The translations under genes were made by a program, and so were the position numbers. Shown here piece after piece: positions 17,104 to 24,680 of a DNA stretch of 24,680 bases; position 1 is the stretch's first letter, and every line of letters begins with the position of its first letter. The stretch spans positions 1 to 24,680 of the IMG/VR virus record IMGVR_UViG_3300038675_000256; one strand, written 5' to 3'. The notes under the pieces were generated by a model. That model was given only the letters and a program-made list of their open reading frames with translations. It was not told the origin of the DNA and ran no database searches. Origin of the DNA: a virus. Its lineage: Duplodnaviria > Caudoviricetes.

Positions 17104-17746
17104 TAATGATGCTAACCTAATGCAGCCCGGTAAAGCATACGTTCCGGTATGTCAAGGCGGCGAAGGCTCGGGGAATTTCGGGCATGAAGGAAGGCCCGGA
17201 GAGGTCGGCGGATCCGGTGAAGGGGGCGGATCAATCACCGGTAGAGACACAATCGGCCATAATAAAATCAAACAAATCGAATCACAAATCCACTCTAGAT
17301 CCTCTGAACATGCAGCGATCTATTCAAAAGATGGAAAACAAATCTCTGTAAAAGGCGGCAGTTCTAGTTCAGTATCGTTCACTAATGCAGAACTTTCCGA
17401 AATGAAAGGTTGTATCCTCACTCATAACCATCCATCAACCGAATTCTCACGGACATTATCCCCGGCGGACTATGGCGTGGCATCCAAAGGCAACCTGAGT
17501 GAATTAAGAGCCGTTTCAGGGGATAAAGTGTATTTATTCATTCGTGGAGAGAACGGGTGGCCGGCTCCGAGCAAAGTAGCTGATTCTCTGGCCACCCATC
17601 TTGAGAAGAACGCAAAAAGAGTGTATCCCCTTATTAAAAGCGGGCAGATCACAAAATCTGAAGGTGAAACAAAAGTATGGAGTGCTGCATGGAGAGCGAC
17701 AGCACAAGAACTCGGATTTGGGTATACAGTGGAGGCAAGAAAATGA
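17096..17746 (+). CDS. Tagged JAB/MPN-like metalloenzyme domain protein
   Basis: E(HAAIY)...LTHNHPS...LSPAD matches the JAB E..HxH..S..D signature; same NDANLMQPG and GGEGSGNFGHEGRPGEVGGSG N-terminus as ORF 12548. Confidence 0.75.
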   Translation: MSDNDANLMQPGKAYVPVCQGGEGSGNFGHEGRPGEVGGSGEGGGSITGRDTIGHNKIKQIESQIHSRSSEHAAIYSKDGKQISVKGGSSSSVSFTNAELSEMKGCILTHNHPSTEFSRTLSPADYGVASKGNLSELRAVSGDKVYLFIRGENGWPAPSKVADSLATHLEKNAKRVYPLIKSGQITKSEGETKVWSAAWRATAQELGFGYTVEARK

Positions 17747-17874
17747 AAGGAGACGACATTTTTGATATCCCGATGTTTACTGACACCGGCGAGATTAATC
17801 CGGCGCTTATCCAGAGGATGCGGCAGGATTTTGGGAGTGACGATGAACACGAACCGACAAAGGATGAATCATGA
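17743..17874 (+). CDS. Small acidic protein (43 aa)
   Basis: GGAGG RBS, ATGA-coupled to the JAB gene; MKGDDIFDIPMFTDTGEINP... Confidence 0.55.
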   Translation: MKGDDIFDIPMFTDTGEINPALIQRMRQDFGSDDEHEPTKDES

Positions 17875-18164
17875 ATGAAGATGCCAACACAATGAGACCA
17901 GACGCGACATTCACATCTGTAACAAACGCAAAGACCGCAGAACGCCCGAAATTATCCCTGTCCGGCCCCGACCCCCGGCCTGACAGTGATTACGATCCCG
18001 AGCAGCTGAAGGCTGGCGTTGCGGTTGAGAAGGAGCATACGGATGATGAAGCGGTTGCCAAGAAGATCGCTAAGGATCATCTGGAGGAAATCTCGACGTA
18101 TTATACGCATCTCAAAGAGATGGAAGATGAGCATAAGAATGATGAAGTGAAGGGCAGGCTGTAA
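17871..18164 (+). CDS. DUF5661-like protein with a diverged NEDANTMRP leader
   Basis: QLKAGVAVEKEHTDD...AKKIAKDHLEE..YYTHLKEME. Confidence 0.75.
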   Translation: MNEDANTMRPDATFTSVTNAKTAERPKLSLSGPDPRPDSDYDPEQLKAGVAVEKEHTDDEAVAKKIAKDHLEEISTYYTHLKEMEDEHKNDEVKGRL

Positions 18165-18175
18165 GGACTGTAACA

Positions 18176-18334
18176 ATGGCAGATTGTGAATATGAACGAA
18201 TGCATGAAACTTGGCATCCGGTATCTAATACCACCGACGCCACACAGAGAGCTTTCCTTCACCGTTCATATTCCTGTGCGATGTTCTATTGTCCGTATCC
18301 GGATCGGAAATGTAAGGTGAAAGAGGGACCATGA
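18176..18334 (+). CDS. Small hypothetical protein (52 aa)
   Basis: Open frame filling the gap and ending in an ATGA overlap with 18331; translated by hand. Confidence 0.4.
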   Translation: MADCEYERMHETWHPVSNTTDATQRAFLHRSYSCAMFYCPYPDRKCKVKEGP

Positions 18335-19116
18335 GTTCGTTTTACGTGGGTATCGAACCCGCAGGCAATCCGGGCGAGAGCACAACAATTTCAGTTACTG
18401 AATTCACTTTAGACCCTACGCTGCTCTATAAAGTCCGGTACCTTCAGCGGTTCCCCGAGGGTGCGCCGTACCCGATGATCATCGAGACCGTCAACCAGAT
18501 CCGAGAGGAACTGAGGGGCGGGCTGGTCGTATTAAATTCTACCTTCATTGGTGATCCCGTGCGGGACATGTTCAAGACCGGCGGCATCTCGCCTGTCAGC
18601 ATCTACGTGGCGAACGTCAAGGCCGCTATTAAACCGCATATCGAGAATGCCGTGGATCCCCTCAGGCGCTATGATCACCTTTTTTGGGAAGTCCCGTATC
18701 TGGATATCGTGAGTGTCTTGCAGGTAGCCTTCCAGAAAGGCCAGCTCATGATCGCCCCTGATATGGATCTCGCGCAAAGCCTGATTGACGAGATCATGAC
18801 GTTCCGGCTGGACGTATCGCCGTCCGGCAAGATCGAGAAGCTGAGGATCGACCAGAACGCCGATCTCCTATTGAGCGTTGCAATTGCAATATATGTTGCT
18901 CAGAGGTTTGGAGGAAATCCAATCCCTATTGAGAACCTGACCACGGAGAATGTCGGAACGCCTGAAATTCTGGACGATGATGCGAGGAAACTCCCTGAGA
19001 TCTGGAATGAAAAGGAACATATGAACACCCAGCCGGGCGGAGGTATCAAGTACCGATGGCACCAGCCGGGTAAGAAGACCCCGCAAGGCGGCAGGGAACT
19101 GCCGGGACTGTTTTAA
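18331..19116 (+). CDS. Stand-alone terminase-nuclease-like (RNase H fold) protein with degenerate catalytic motifs
   Basis: FYVGIEPA, LQRFPEGAPYPMII, VVLNSTFIGDPVRD, LIDEIMTF, ADLLLSVAIA resemble the G.D.G / DATGVG / HDD motifs of TerL C-terminal domains. Confidence 0.55.
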   Translation: MSSFYVGIEPAGNPGESTTISVTEFTLDPTLLYKVRYLQRFPEGAPYPMIIETVNQIREELRGGLVVLNSTFIGDPVRDMFKTGGISPVSIYVANVKAAIKPHIENAVDPLRRYDHLFWEVPYLDIVSVLQVAFQKGQLMIAPDMDLAQSLIDEIMTFRLDVSPSGKIEKLRIDQNADLLLSVAIAIYVAQRFGGNPIPIENLTTENVGTPEILDDDARKLPEIWNEKEHMNTQPGGGIKYRWHQPGKKTPQGGRELPGLF

Positions 19117-19117
19117 C

Positions 19118-22100
19118 ATGAGACAAATACGCAACAAAGCACCGAGACCGGGCCAGAGTGACCTTTCGGGGTCAATGGCAGTACCGTATCCGGCCCAGAA
19201 TCCGCCGGGCGCACAGCAGGATCCCAATCTGGGAAACATTGCCGGGCCGCCCGGATCAGAACGGACATCCGCATTGACGGTGAACAATCCAGCCGGAGCG
19301 ATTCAAGCCCATCCCCCGCAGGGATTCGGGGCACCTGAACGGATCGACCGGGGGGATGAACAAGGTGTCATCTTCCTGAGCAACTTCGGGAACTATTACC
19401 GCGTACCCAAGTACACGACGTCTATTATCAGGAAATATCAAGACAATGTTTATGCAGCAGGGATCTACCACAAGCAGCGCCATATGCTGTTCCGCGAGAA
19501 GTATGAGATCATCGTTCATGATCCGGACGGCGAGACTGACACGGACGAATGCACGGCAATTGTCAACGATATGGTCAAGATGCTGGATGCCGTGATGGTG
19601 CAGCCGCATACCTACGGGTTACAGGCCGCTATCGAGATGTCATGGGCTGACTGTTTCTGGTTCGGGATCTCGCTCTATAATCCTGTCTGGGCATGGATCG
19701 ATCAAAACGGTGCAGAAATCCGGATACGACCGATAACTCAAAAGGCTGACGGAACTGGTGCAACATCGTACTGGGTGTGGCTGGATTCAACAGGCAAAGT
19801 CACAAAAGCCGAAAAAGCAGGCGAGTTATCACCTGTAACAAATATGTGGGATAACGATGTATGGGATCCGACACTCCGGGAAGAGAATATCCATTGGGTT
19901 GATGAAGATGACCCTGTGGCTATCACAAATGCGCTTTCCGGTGCGGAATATCATCTGATAAAACTCCGACACCTCCCCGCCGAATCCTTCGGCACGCAAC
20001 CCTATGGCCGCCCGTTCCTGTATTCGGATATCATGCAGGGGATTGTCATCAGTCCCTATGATGGATCCGTGGAATACTTCCAGACGCTCTACATGCCGCA
20101 GAACAACGCTCCGCCGGGCCCGGTAGTCAGTACCCAGTTCCTGCAAACCAAATTGACCAACATTGTGACGATCAAGGATCCCGCCTTCCCTGATCTCGCG
20201 GGCAAACCTGTGATGTTACCGATCTTCCCGCTGATCGCCATGCTGGATTTCACATGGCAGGCACAGGTTCAGCGGGTCAATCGTATCGGTGCACCTATCC
20301 TGTTCCTCAAGATCATCAACCCGCAGGGGAACGATATTGAATACGGCCAGCTGCTCCTACAGAACTGGGGCAAAAACTCAGGGTTCCAGCTGAGAGCGAA
20401 CTTCGAGATCATTGAGCCGGGCATACAGGATTCCGGATCAGCACTTGAAACGATCGATGCCCTGAACAAACTCATCACCCAGTACTTCAACCCGGCCAAC
20501 CAAGTCCAGCGGAGCGAGAACGCGCCGTTAAGCGGGGCGTCCGGTAGTGAAAAAGAGATGGTGGACGATTACACCCGGAACGTGCATTCATGGCTTGAAA
20601 CTCAGTGGTCACACATCCTACAGGAATACCTTGATGTGAACGGCTATGAGGGGTATACGGTTGAGGTAGACATCCCTGATCCGAGCATCGATCGCAGTAC
20701 CATTGAACTCCAACAGGCTGACAAACTGTTTACCACCAAGACCGGCCTGCCGAACGAGATCCGGAAGAAACTCGGTGTTGATGAACTGGATGAAGCGGGT
20801 CTTGCGGAACTCAAGGAGTACTATGCGTCCTTACCGCAACCGTCACCCTTCGGGGCATTCGGGGGAGCCGAGCCGGCCCAACCCGGCGCAGAACCGGGTA
20901 AGGAGCCAGTACCGCCCGGCCCGGAAGAAGGAGCCGAGCCGGCTAAGGGTGAAACACCGCTTATGCAGAAAGCCCGGTTGGCCCTTGAAGCCGTGCGGGC
21001 GGATGAACTGAACCCCGACCGGTACGTGGAGGACGACAAGGTCAAGAAGATCGTGAATGCCGCGCTGGATGAAGGATCGGCGTTCCCGCAGGATCCCACT
21101 GATACCACGGAGAATATCGGAGGGAGCGGGATCACACAGGCGGCATTCTGGCCGTCAGCCGGGGAAGTCCCGCAGGACGTGATCAAGATCCTGACGGAAT
21201 CCTACCAGTATGCCAGCAGTGCGTCCAAGTTCCCCCCGGATTCCGCTGATCGGGACAGGGAAGCTCGGGAATACGCATGGCAGGCGGTTGCGAAGGCCGG
21301 ATGGAAGAAAACAGAGGCGGGTTGGGTACAGACTGCCGGAATCAATGCCGCCGGGGGAATTGAATCAGTAAAGAATGCTGAAGAAAATGGCGACTGGATC
21401 ACTATCCGGGGAACTCATGTGTTTGTAGGGGAAGGCGAATCGAAATCCGAAGCTTTCAAGGACACTACGGGAAAATCTCTGAAAGGCGGGTCATCAAAAC
21501 CAGCACCGAAAAAAGAAGCAGCACCTACTAAAGCAAAACCGGCTGAAAAACCATCGGCAAAACCCGCCGCCCCATCAGGATCTCTGGATACTGATAAAGC
21601 GTTGGTCAAATCAATGGCAAAATCCAACAATAAAACCGTTGGTGAAAAGGCGGCAGCAGAGACGGAAAAGAATCTCTCCGATCATCAGGCATATGGGAAA
21701 TCCGATCTTGTCCAGAATAGCGACGCCTTGGCAGATTATACCTCAAGTGGTTACACTAAGACAAACGCCGATCTCCGATCTGGTAAGGTAGGGAAAGGCG
21801 TCACGGAGATCGATAAAATCATTGCTGGTGCTCCCGCTCTTCCAGAAGGCACAACGTTATACCGCGGGATTGGCGGGAACAGCGTGGCAACCATGATGAA
21901 CATGCAACCCGGTGATACCTGTAACGATAAAGCGTTCCAATCTTTCTCAACCAGCCCATTTACGGCAAGTTCATTCTCGGCGATGGGAGGAAGTGATGGG
22001 AAAGACAAGGTGATTTTCAGGGCTGTAACTTCCGGAAAGGAGAAGGGACTTGTTATTGGAGGCGGGGAGCACGAAGTTATCATGCCTCGCGGGCAAGGCT

Positions 22101-22186
22101 GGAAAGTCGTATCGAATAACGCGGTAACAACTGGCGTACATGCAGGGAGAGTTACAACGCATGTCATTACGGTGGTGCCGGCATGA
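19118..22186 (+). CDS. Probable portal protein fused to ChaB-like, WITIRG-motif and C-terminal ADP-ribosyltransferase (VIP2/Alt-like, R-S-E) domains
   Basis: The first ~570 aa are portal-like by position and pattern (this part is inferred). ChaB-like VPQDVIKIL...AWQAVAKAGWKK..W at ~21165-21330. ART motifs DYTSSGYTKTNADLR, LYRG, FQSFST and EHEVIMPRG are clear. Confidence 0.75.
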   Translation: MRQIRNKAPRPGQSDLSGSMAVPYPAQNPPGAQQDPNLGNIAGPPGSERTSALTVNNPAGAIQAHPPQGFGAPERIDRGDEQGVIFLSNFGNYYRVPKYTTSIIRKYQDNVYAAGIYHKQRHMLFREKYEIIVHDPDGETDTDECTAIVNDMVKMLDAVMVQPHTYGLQAAIEMSWADCFWFGISLYNPVWAWIDQNGAEIRIRPITQKADGTGATSYWVWLDSTGKVTKAEKAGELSPVTNMWDNDVWDPTLREENIHWVDEDDPVAITNALSGAEYHLIKLRHLPAESFGTQPYGRPFLYSDIMQGIVISPYDGSVEYFQTLYMPQNNAPPGPVVSTQFLQTKLTNIVTIKDPAFPDLAGKPVMLPIFPLIAMLDFTWQAQVQRVNRIGAPILFLKIINPQGNDIEYGQLLLQNWGKNSGFQLRANFEIIEPGIQDSGSALETIDALNKLITQYFNPANQVQRSENAPLSGASGSEKEMVDDYTRNVHSWLETQWSHILQEYLDVNGYEGYTVEVDIPDPSIDRSTIELQQADKLFTTKTGLPNEIRKKLGVDELDEAGLAELKEYYASLPQPSPFGAFGGAEPAQPGAEPGKEPVPPGPEEGAEPAKGETPLMQKARLALEAVRADELNPDRYVEDDKVKKIVNAALDEGSAFPQDPTDTTENIGGSGITQAAFWPSAGEVPQDVIKILTESYQYASSASKFPPDSADRDREAREYAWQAVAKAGWKKTEAGWVQTAGINAAGGIESVKNAEENGDWITIRGTHVFVGEGESKSEAFKDTTGKSLKGGSSKPAPKKEAAPTKAKPAEKPSAKPAAPSGSLDTDKALVKSMAKSNNKTVGEKAAAETEKNLSDHQAYGKSDLVQNSDALADYTSSGYTKTNADLRSGKVGKGVTEIDKIIAGAPALPEGTTLYRGIGGNSVATMMNMQPGDTCNDKAFQSFSTSPFTASSFSAMGGSDGKDKVIFRAVTSGKEKGLVIGGGEHEVIMPRGQGWKVVSNNAVTTGVHAGRVTTHVITVVPA

Positions 22187-22305
22187 GCGACAAGGATCAC
22201 AAGTTCAATGGTGAGTTCGAGAAAACAGGGCATAAAGATGTCACTGATGAAGATCGCGCCCTGCTGGAAAAGGTATCGAAGGTGGAAAGCACAGAGGAGG
22301 ATTGA
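22183..22305 (+). CDS. Small acidic protein (40 aa)
   Basis: ATGA-coupled to the portal-ART stop; MSDKDHKFNGEFEKTGHKDVTDEDRALLEKVSKVESTEED. Confidence 0.55.
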   Translation: MSDKDHKFNGEFEKTGHKDVTDEDRALLEKVSKVESTEED

Positions 22306-22310
22306 AGATC

Positions 22311-22646
22311 ATGGATGACAAGGAAATCACTAATGTAAAGAAGTATGATCCGAACGTGAACACTGCCGGGTACGCTCATGTTCCGATTGGTCAGAAAGTT
22401 GAACCGTTAACCCAGAAGACCGAGATGGTGACGAACCCGCCATACCAGACGCCCGAACTTGGCGACGCTCCCAAGGAGATGCAGAAGGAAGCCGACCGGA
22501 TCTACAAGGATCTCCGCAAGAACCAATATCACGCTGAGACTGAAGAGGACCGGACAGCAGCATCCGGAACAATGTGGAAAATATTAAAGGAAAACTGGGA
22601 GAAAGACGAGAAAACCGACAAGTGGCAGCGGAAGAAGAAAGAGTAA
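22311..22646 (+). CDS. ChaB-like protein
   Basis: APKEMQKEADRIY...AASGTMWKILKENWEKDEKTDKWQRK; GAGGAGG RBS. Confidence 0.6.
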   Translation: MDDKEITNVKKYDPNVNTAGYAHVPIGQKVEPLTQKTEMVTNPPYQTPELGDAPKEMQKEADRIYKDLRKNQYHAETEEDRTAASGTMWKILKENWEKDEKTDKWQRKKKE

Positions 22647-22658
22647 TCTAAGGTCAAA

Positions 22659-23000
22659 ATGAAGGCTGTAACGACCCGATCCCTGAAACACCGGTGTAGT
22701 GTCTGCGGGATAGCGATTCAATCGCACGAGATCGCGTATGAGATTACCGGCCAGAGTATTGATTACATTGAGCACGAGCCGGGAATGATCAACCTTCTTT
22801 TGTGTGTCGGGTGCAGGGAGAAGATCCTGCACAACCTGACTTTAGACCAAGGGACGGCGATTATGTTCCGGAAAGCATTAGAGGCGGACGGTGCTGCAAA
22901 GAAACCCGAGCCGGTTGACACATCGCACGCTGAACCGGAGTTCTTAGCGGATCACCCGTTCGGCATTGACCCCCCGGACGGTACTGGAGTGGGAATATGA
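22659..23000 (+). CDS. Zn-finger protein
   Basis: CSVCG...LCVGC. Confidence 0.65.
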   Translation: MKAVTTRSLKHRCSVCGIAIQSHEIAYEITGQSIDYIEHEPGMINLLLCVGCREKILHNLTLDQGTAIMFRKALEADGAAKKPEPVDTSHAEPEFLADHPFGIDPPDGTGVGI

Positions 23001-23368
23001 TACACGTTCACAACACCCCGCCAATGCACCCTCTGTCGGGGAAACCAGTGCTGCATTATCACCAGTACCCCGCGCAGGTAGTGAGAGTAATCCCGGATGC
23101 TGACATGAAGTATATCCAAGATGAACGCTGGAAGGATGCAGACAAAGACGAGAAATCGTTTGCGTTAGCTCTGATCGGGAAACTGTGCGGGAACGAGTAT
23201 CCGGTGATCGGGACAGACGTAACGGACGGCCAGATGTTCTATAACCTGCTGTTACGTCCGAAACTGACGAACTTTGATATTTTCGGGGTGCCTCAGACGG
23301 TCGGGTATGCGTTCGTGCCGGGAGATTATGTTACAGTCGTTCGATCAGGATTCCCGGAGGCATCATGA
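22997..23368 (+). CDS. Hypothetical protein
   Basis: GGAGTG RBS; ATGA overlaps. Confidence 0.65.
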   Translation: MIHVHNTPPMHPLSGKPVLHYHQYPAQVVRVIPDADMKYIQDERWKDADKDEKSFALALIGKLCGNEYPVIGTDVTDGQMFYNLLLRPKLTNFDIFGVPQTVGYAFVPGDYVTVVRSGFPEAS

Positions 23369-23526
23369 GTGATGGGTGTTGGAATTGTGGATGTAGATTG
23401 GTAAACCTGGTCTGTAACAATCCGAACTCACCACTTTACCGGCACTATGCCGGGCATAAATGTTCTGACTGGCATAAGAATGCACACGTTCCTAAAAACT
23501 GGTTTTCAGGGAAGTATCAACAATGA
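23365..23526 (+). CDS. Small Cys-rich protein (53 aa)
   Basis: GGAGG RBS; MSDGCWNCGC...CNNPNSP...CSDW. Confidence 0.55.
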   Translation: MSDGCWNCGCRLVNLVCNNPNSPLYRHYAGHKCSDWHKNAHVPKNWFSGKYQQ

Positions 23527-23533
23527 GGACATC

Positions 23534-23893
23534 ATGGATTGCAGAATCGTTTCCCGAGATGCCGAGTACCTTGCGTGCTGGCACCCAAAGGACCGCCCGC
23601 CGATTATCACGCTTAATATTCAGAACCTCTGGGACTGGGCAGTTGAATCGTCACCTCCCCGCGCCACGCAGGATGATATGGAAGACCGGTTCGTCCGGAA
23701 ACTTGACGGGGTGTTCTTGCAGGAACTGGTTTGTATCTTCAAGACCGCCGATAGAATCCGGATCCGTGGCGGGGCGTGTAATCCGTACTGCCGGCATGAA
23801 AAGATTGTTGATTGCTTACTTGCCCCGGACGAATGGGGCGTGATCCGGGAATTTCACCGTAAAAAGAAGATCAAATACTTGGAGGACGAATGA
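23534..23893 (+). CDS. Hypothetical protein (start probably ATG 23534 within track ORF 23447..23893)
   Basis: GAGGA RBS; this start avoids overlap with the 23365 ORF. Confidence 0.55.
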   Translation: MDCRIVSRDAEYLACWHPKDRPPIITLNIQNLWDWAVESSPPRATQDDMEDRFVRKLDGVFLQELVCIFKTADRIRIRGGACNPYCRHEKIVDCLLAPDEWGVIREFHRKKKIKYLEDE

Positions 23894-24680
23894 TCATCTT
23901 ACCCTTATCTGATCTGCATGTCGGGTCAGTCTATGGTTTGTGGCCGGAAGGCCTGACTGAGAAAGATCCCCGGACGGGCGACCTTAAACCTATCCCGCAG
24001 AACAAAGTGAACTTAGCGATAATGGCGCACTGGAACAAGATGTTAGCGGCAGTCAAGAAAGACCCGCCGGATGCTATTATCATCAACGGCGATGTCATTG
24101 AAGGCGGTCAGTGGAAAGAACGCGGGCGCGGTCTGATGACCCTTTCAATTGACACCCAGTGCCGGGCGGCGATCAAACTCCTTAAGACTCTGAAGAAAGT
24201 CGCGCCGAAAGCTACATGGTATTTCACGGCGGGCACGGATTATCATCAGAAAAGCGACGGGACGAACGCCGATCTGTTCATTGCTGAAGAGTTCGGAGCT
24301 GAGTATGGCGATGAGCTTGTTATTGAGGAATGCGGGATTCGGTTGTTCTGCCGGCACACTATTGGCGTATCCAATTCAGCATGGCAGTACATGGGGACGG
24401 CTCCTGGAAGGGATCATATGTTGCTATACCTGAACAAAGGCGAGGATAAGTATGGCAAGATCGATATCGCGCTGTTCTCGCACCGGCATCAGTTTGTAGC
24501 GGTACAGTTCCCGTCCGGTTTCGCTATCGTAACTCCGTGCTGGCAATCTAAGACGCCGTTCGCAGTCAAGAAAGGAATTATCGGCGTTCCGGATATTGGG
24601 TGGATCATGCTGAGGATTGACGGCCCGAAGAAGATCATGATCGATACGTCTGGGGTGGCAACGGTTGTGCGGCCATGCCG
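23890..24680 (+). CDS. Calcineurin-like metallophosphoesterase, 3'-truncated by the window edge (absent from the ORF track)
   Basis: Hand translation: LSDLHVG, IINGDVIEG, AGTDYH, CRH, FSHRH, VTPCWQ; GGAGG RBS; frame open to the end. Confidence 0.88.
   Translation, partial: MIILPLSDLHVGSVYGLWPEGLTEKDPRTGDLKPIPQNKVNLAIMAHWNKMLAAVKKDPPDAIIINGDVIEGGQWKERGRGLMTLSIDTQCRAAIKLLKTLKKVAPKATWYFTAGTDYHQKSDGTNADLFIAEEFGAEYGDELVIEECGIRLFCRHTIGVSNSAWQYMGTAPGRDHMLLYLNKGEDKYGKIDIALFSHRHQFVAVQFPSGFAIVTPCWQSKTPFAVKKGIIGVPDIGWIMLRIDGPKKIMIDTSGVATVVRPC

Noticed and set aside
20860-21590. Pro/Ala/Glu/Lys quasi-repeats (GAEPA, KPA) in the portal-like gene
   Set aside because: Ordinary low-complexity linkers with no exact DNA repeat unit.

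Overview
This window reads as a fully + strand segment of a head-tail (Caudoviricetes-like) virus or provirus with an archaeal host. The host evidence is GGTGA/GGAGG ribosome-binding sites, TATA-like boxes and a tRNA intron with a perfect bulge-helix-bulge motif. A methanogen host is only my inference. Left part (1-7.5 kb): accessory genes, including DUF5131/Gp37-Gp68, an RlaP-type Pol-beta nucleotidyltransferase, DUF2284, a Dam-type methyltransferase and many small Cys-rich or membrane ORFs. Centre (7.5-9.9 kb), the most interesting part: a Ro60/Rsr (TROVE+vWA) gene inside an RNA cluster. The cluster holds an intron-containing tRNA-Thr(UGU), an aberrant tRNA-Ser(UGA)-like RNA, tRNA-Pro(UGG) and two copies of a Y-RNA-like domain. 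One copy is stand-alone; the other is circularly permuted and inserted into the anticodon stem of an otherwise complete tRNA-Gln(CUG). Right part (10-24.7 kb): HNH nuclease, ParB-methyltransferase with a (GCC)11 tract, terminase small and large subunits (the large one lacks a canonical start), and a degenerate terminase-nuclease-like protein. It also has a probable portal fused to ChaB-like and ADP-ribosyltransferase domains, several enzyme domains (GNAT, JAB, DUF5661) sharing an N-terminal tag, and a metallophosphoesterase cut off by the window end. The octamer TGTTACAG/CTGTAACA occurs at least 16 times across the window. All family assignments come from motifs recognised by eye, not from database searches.
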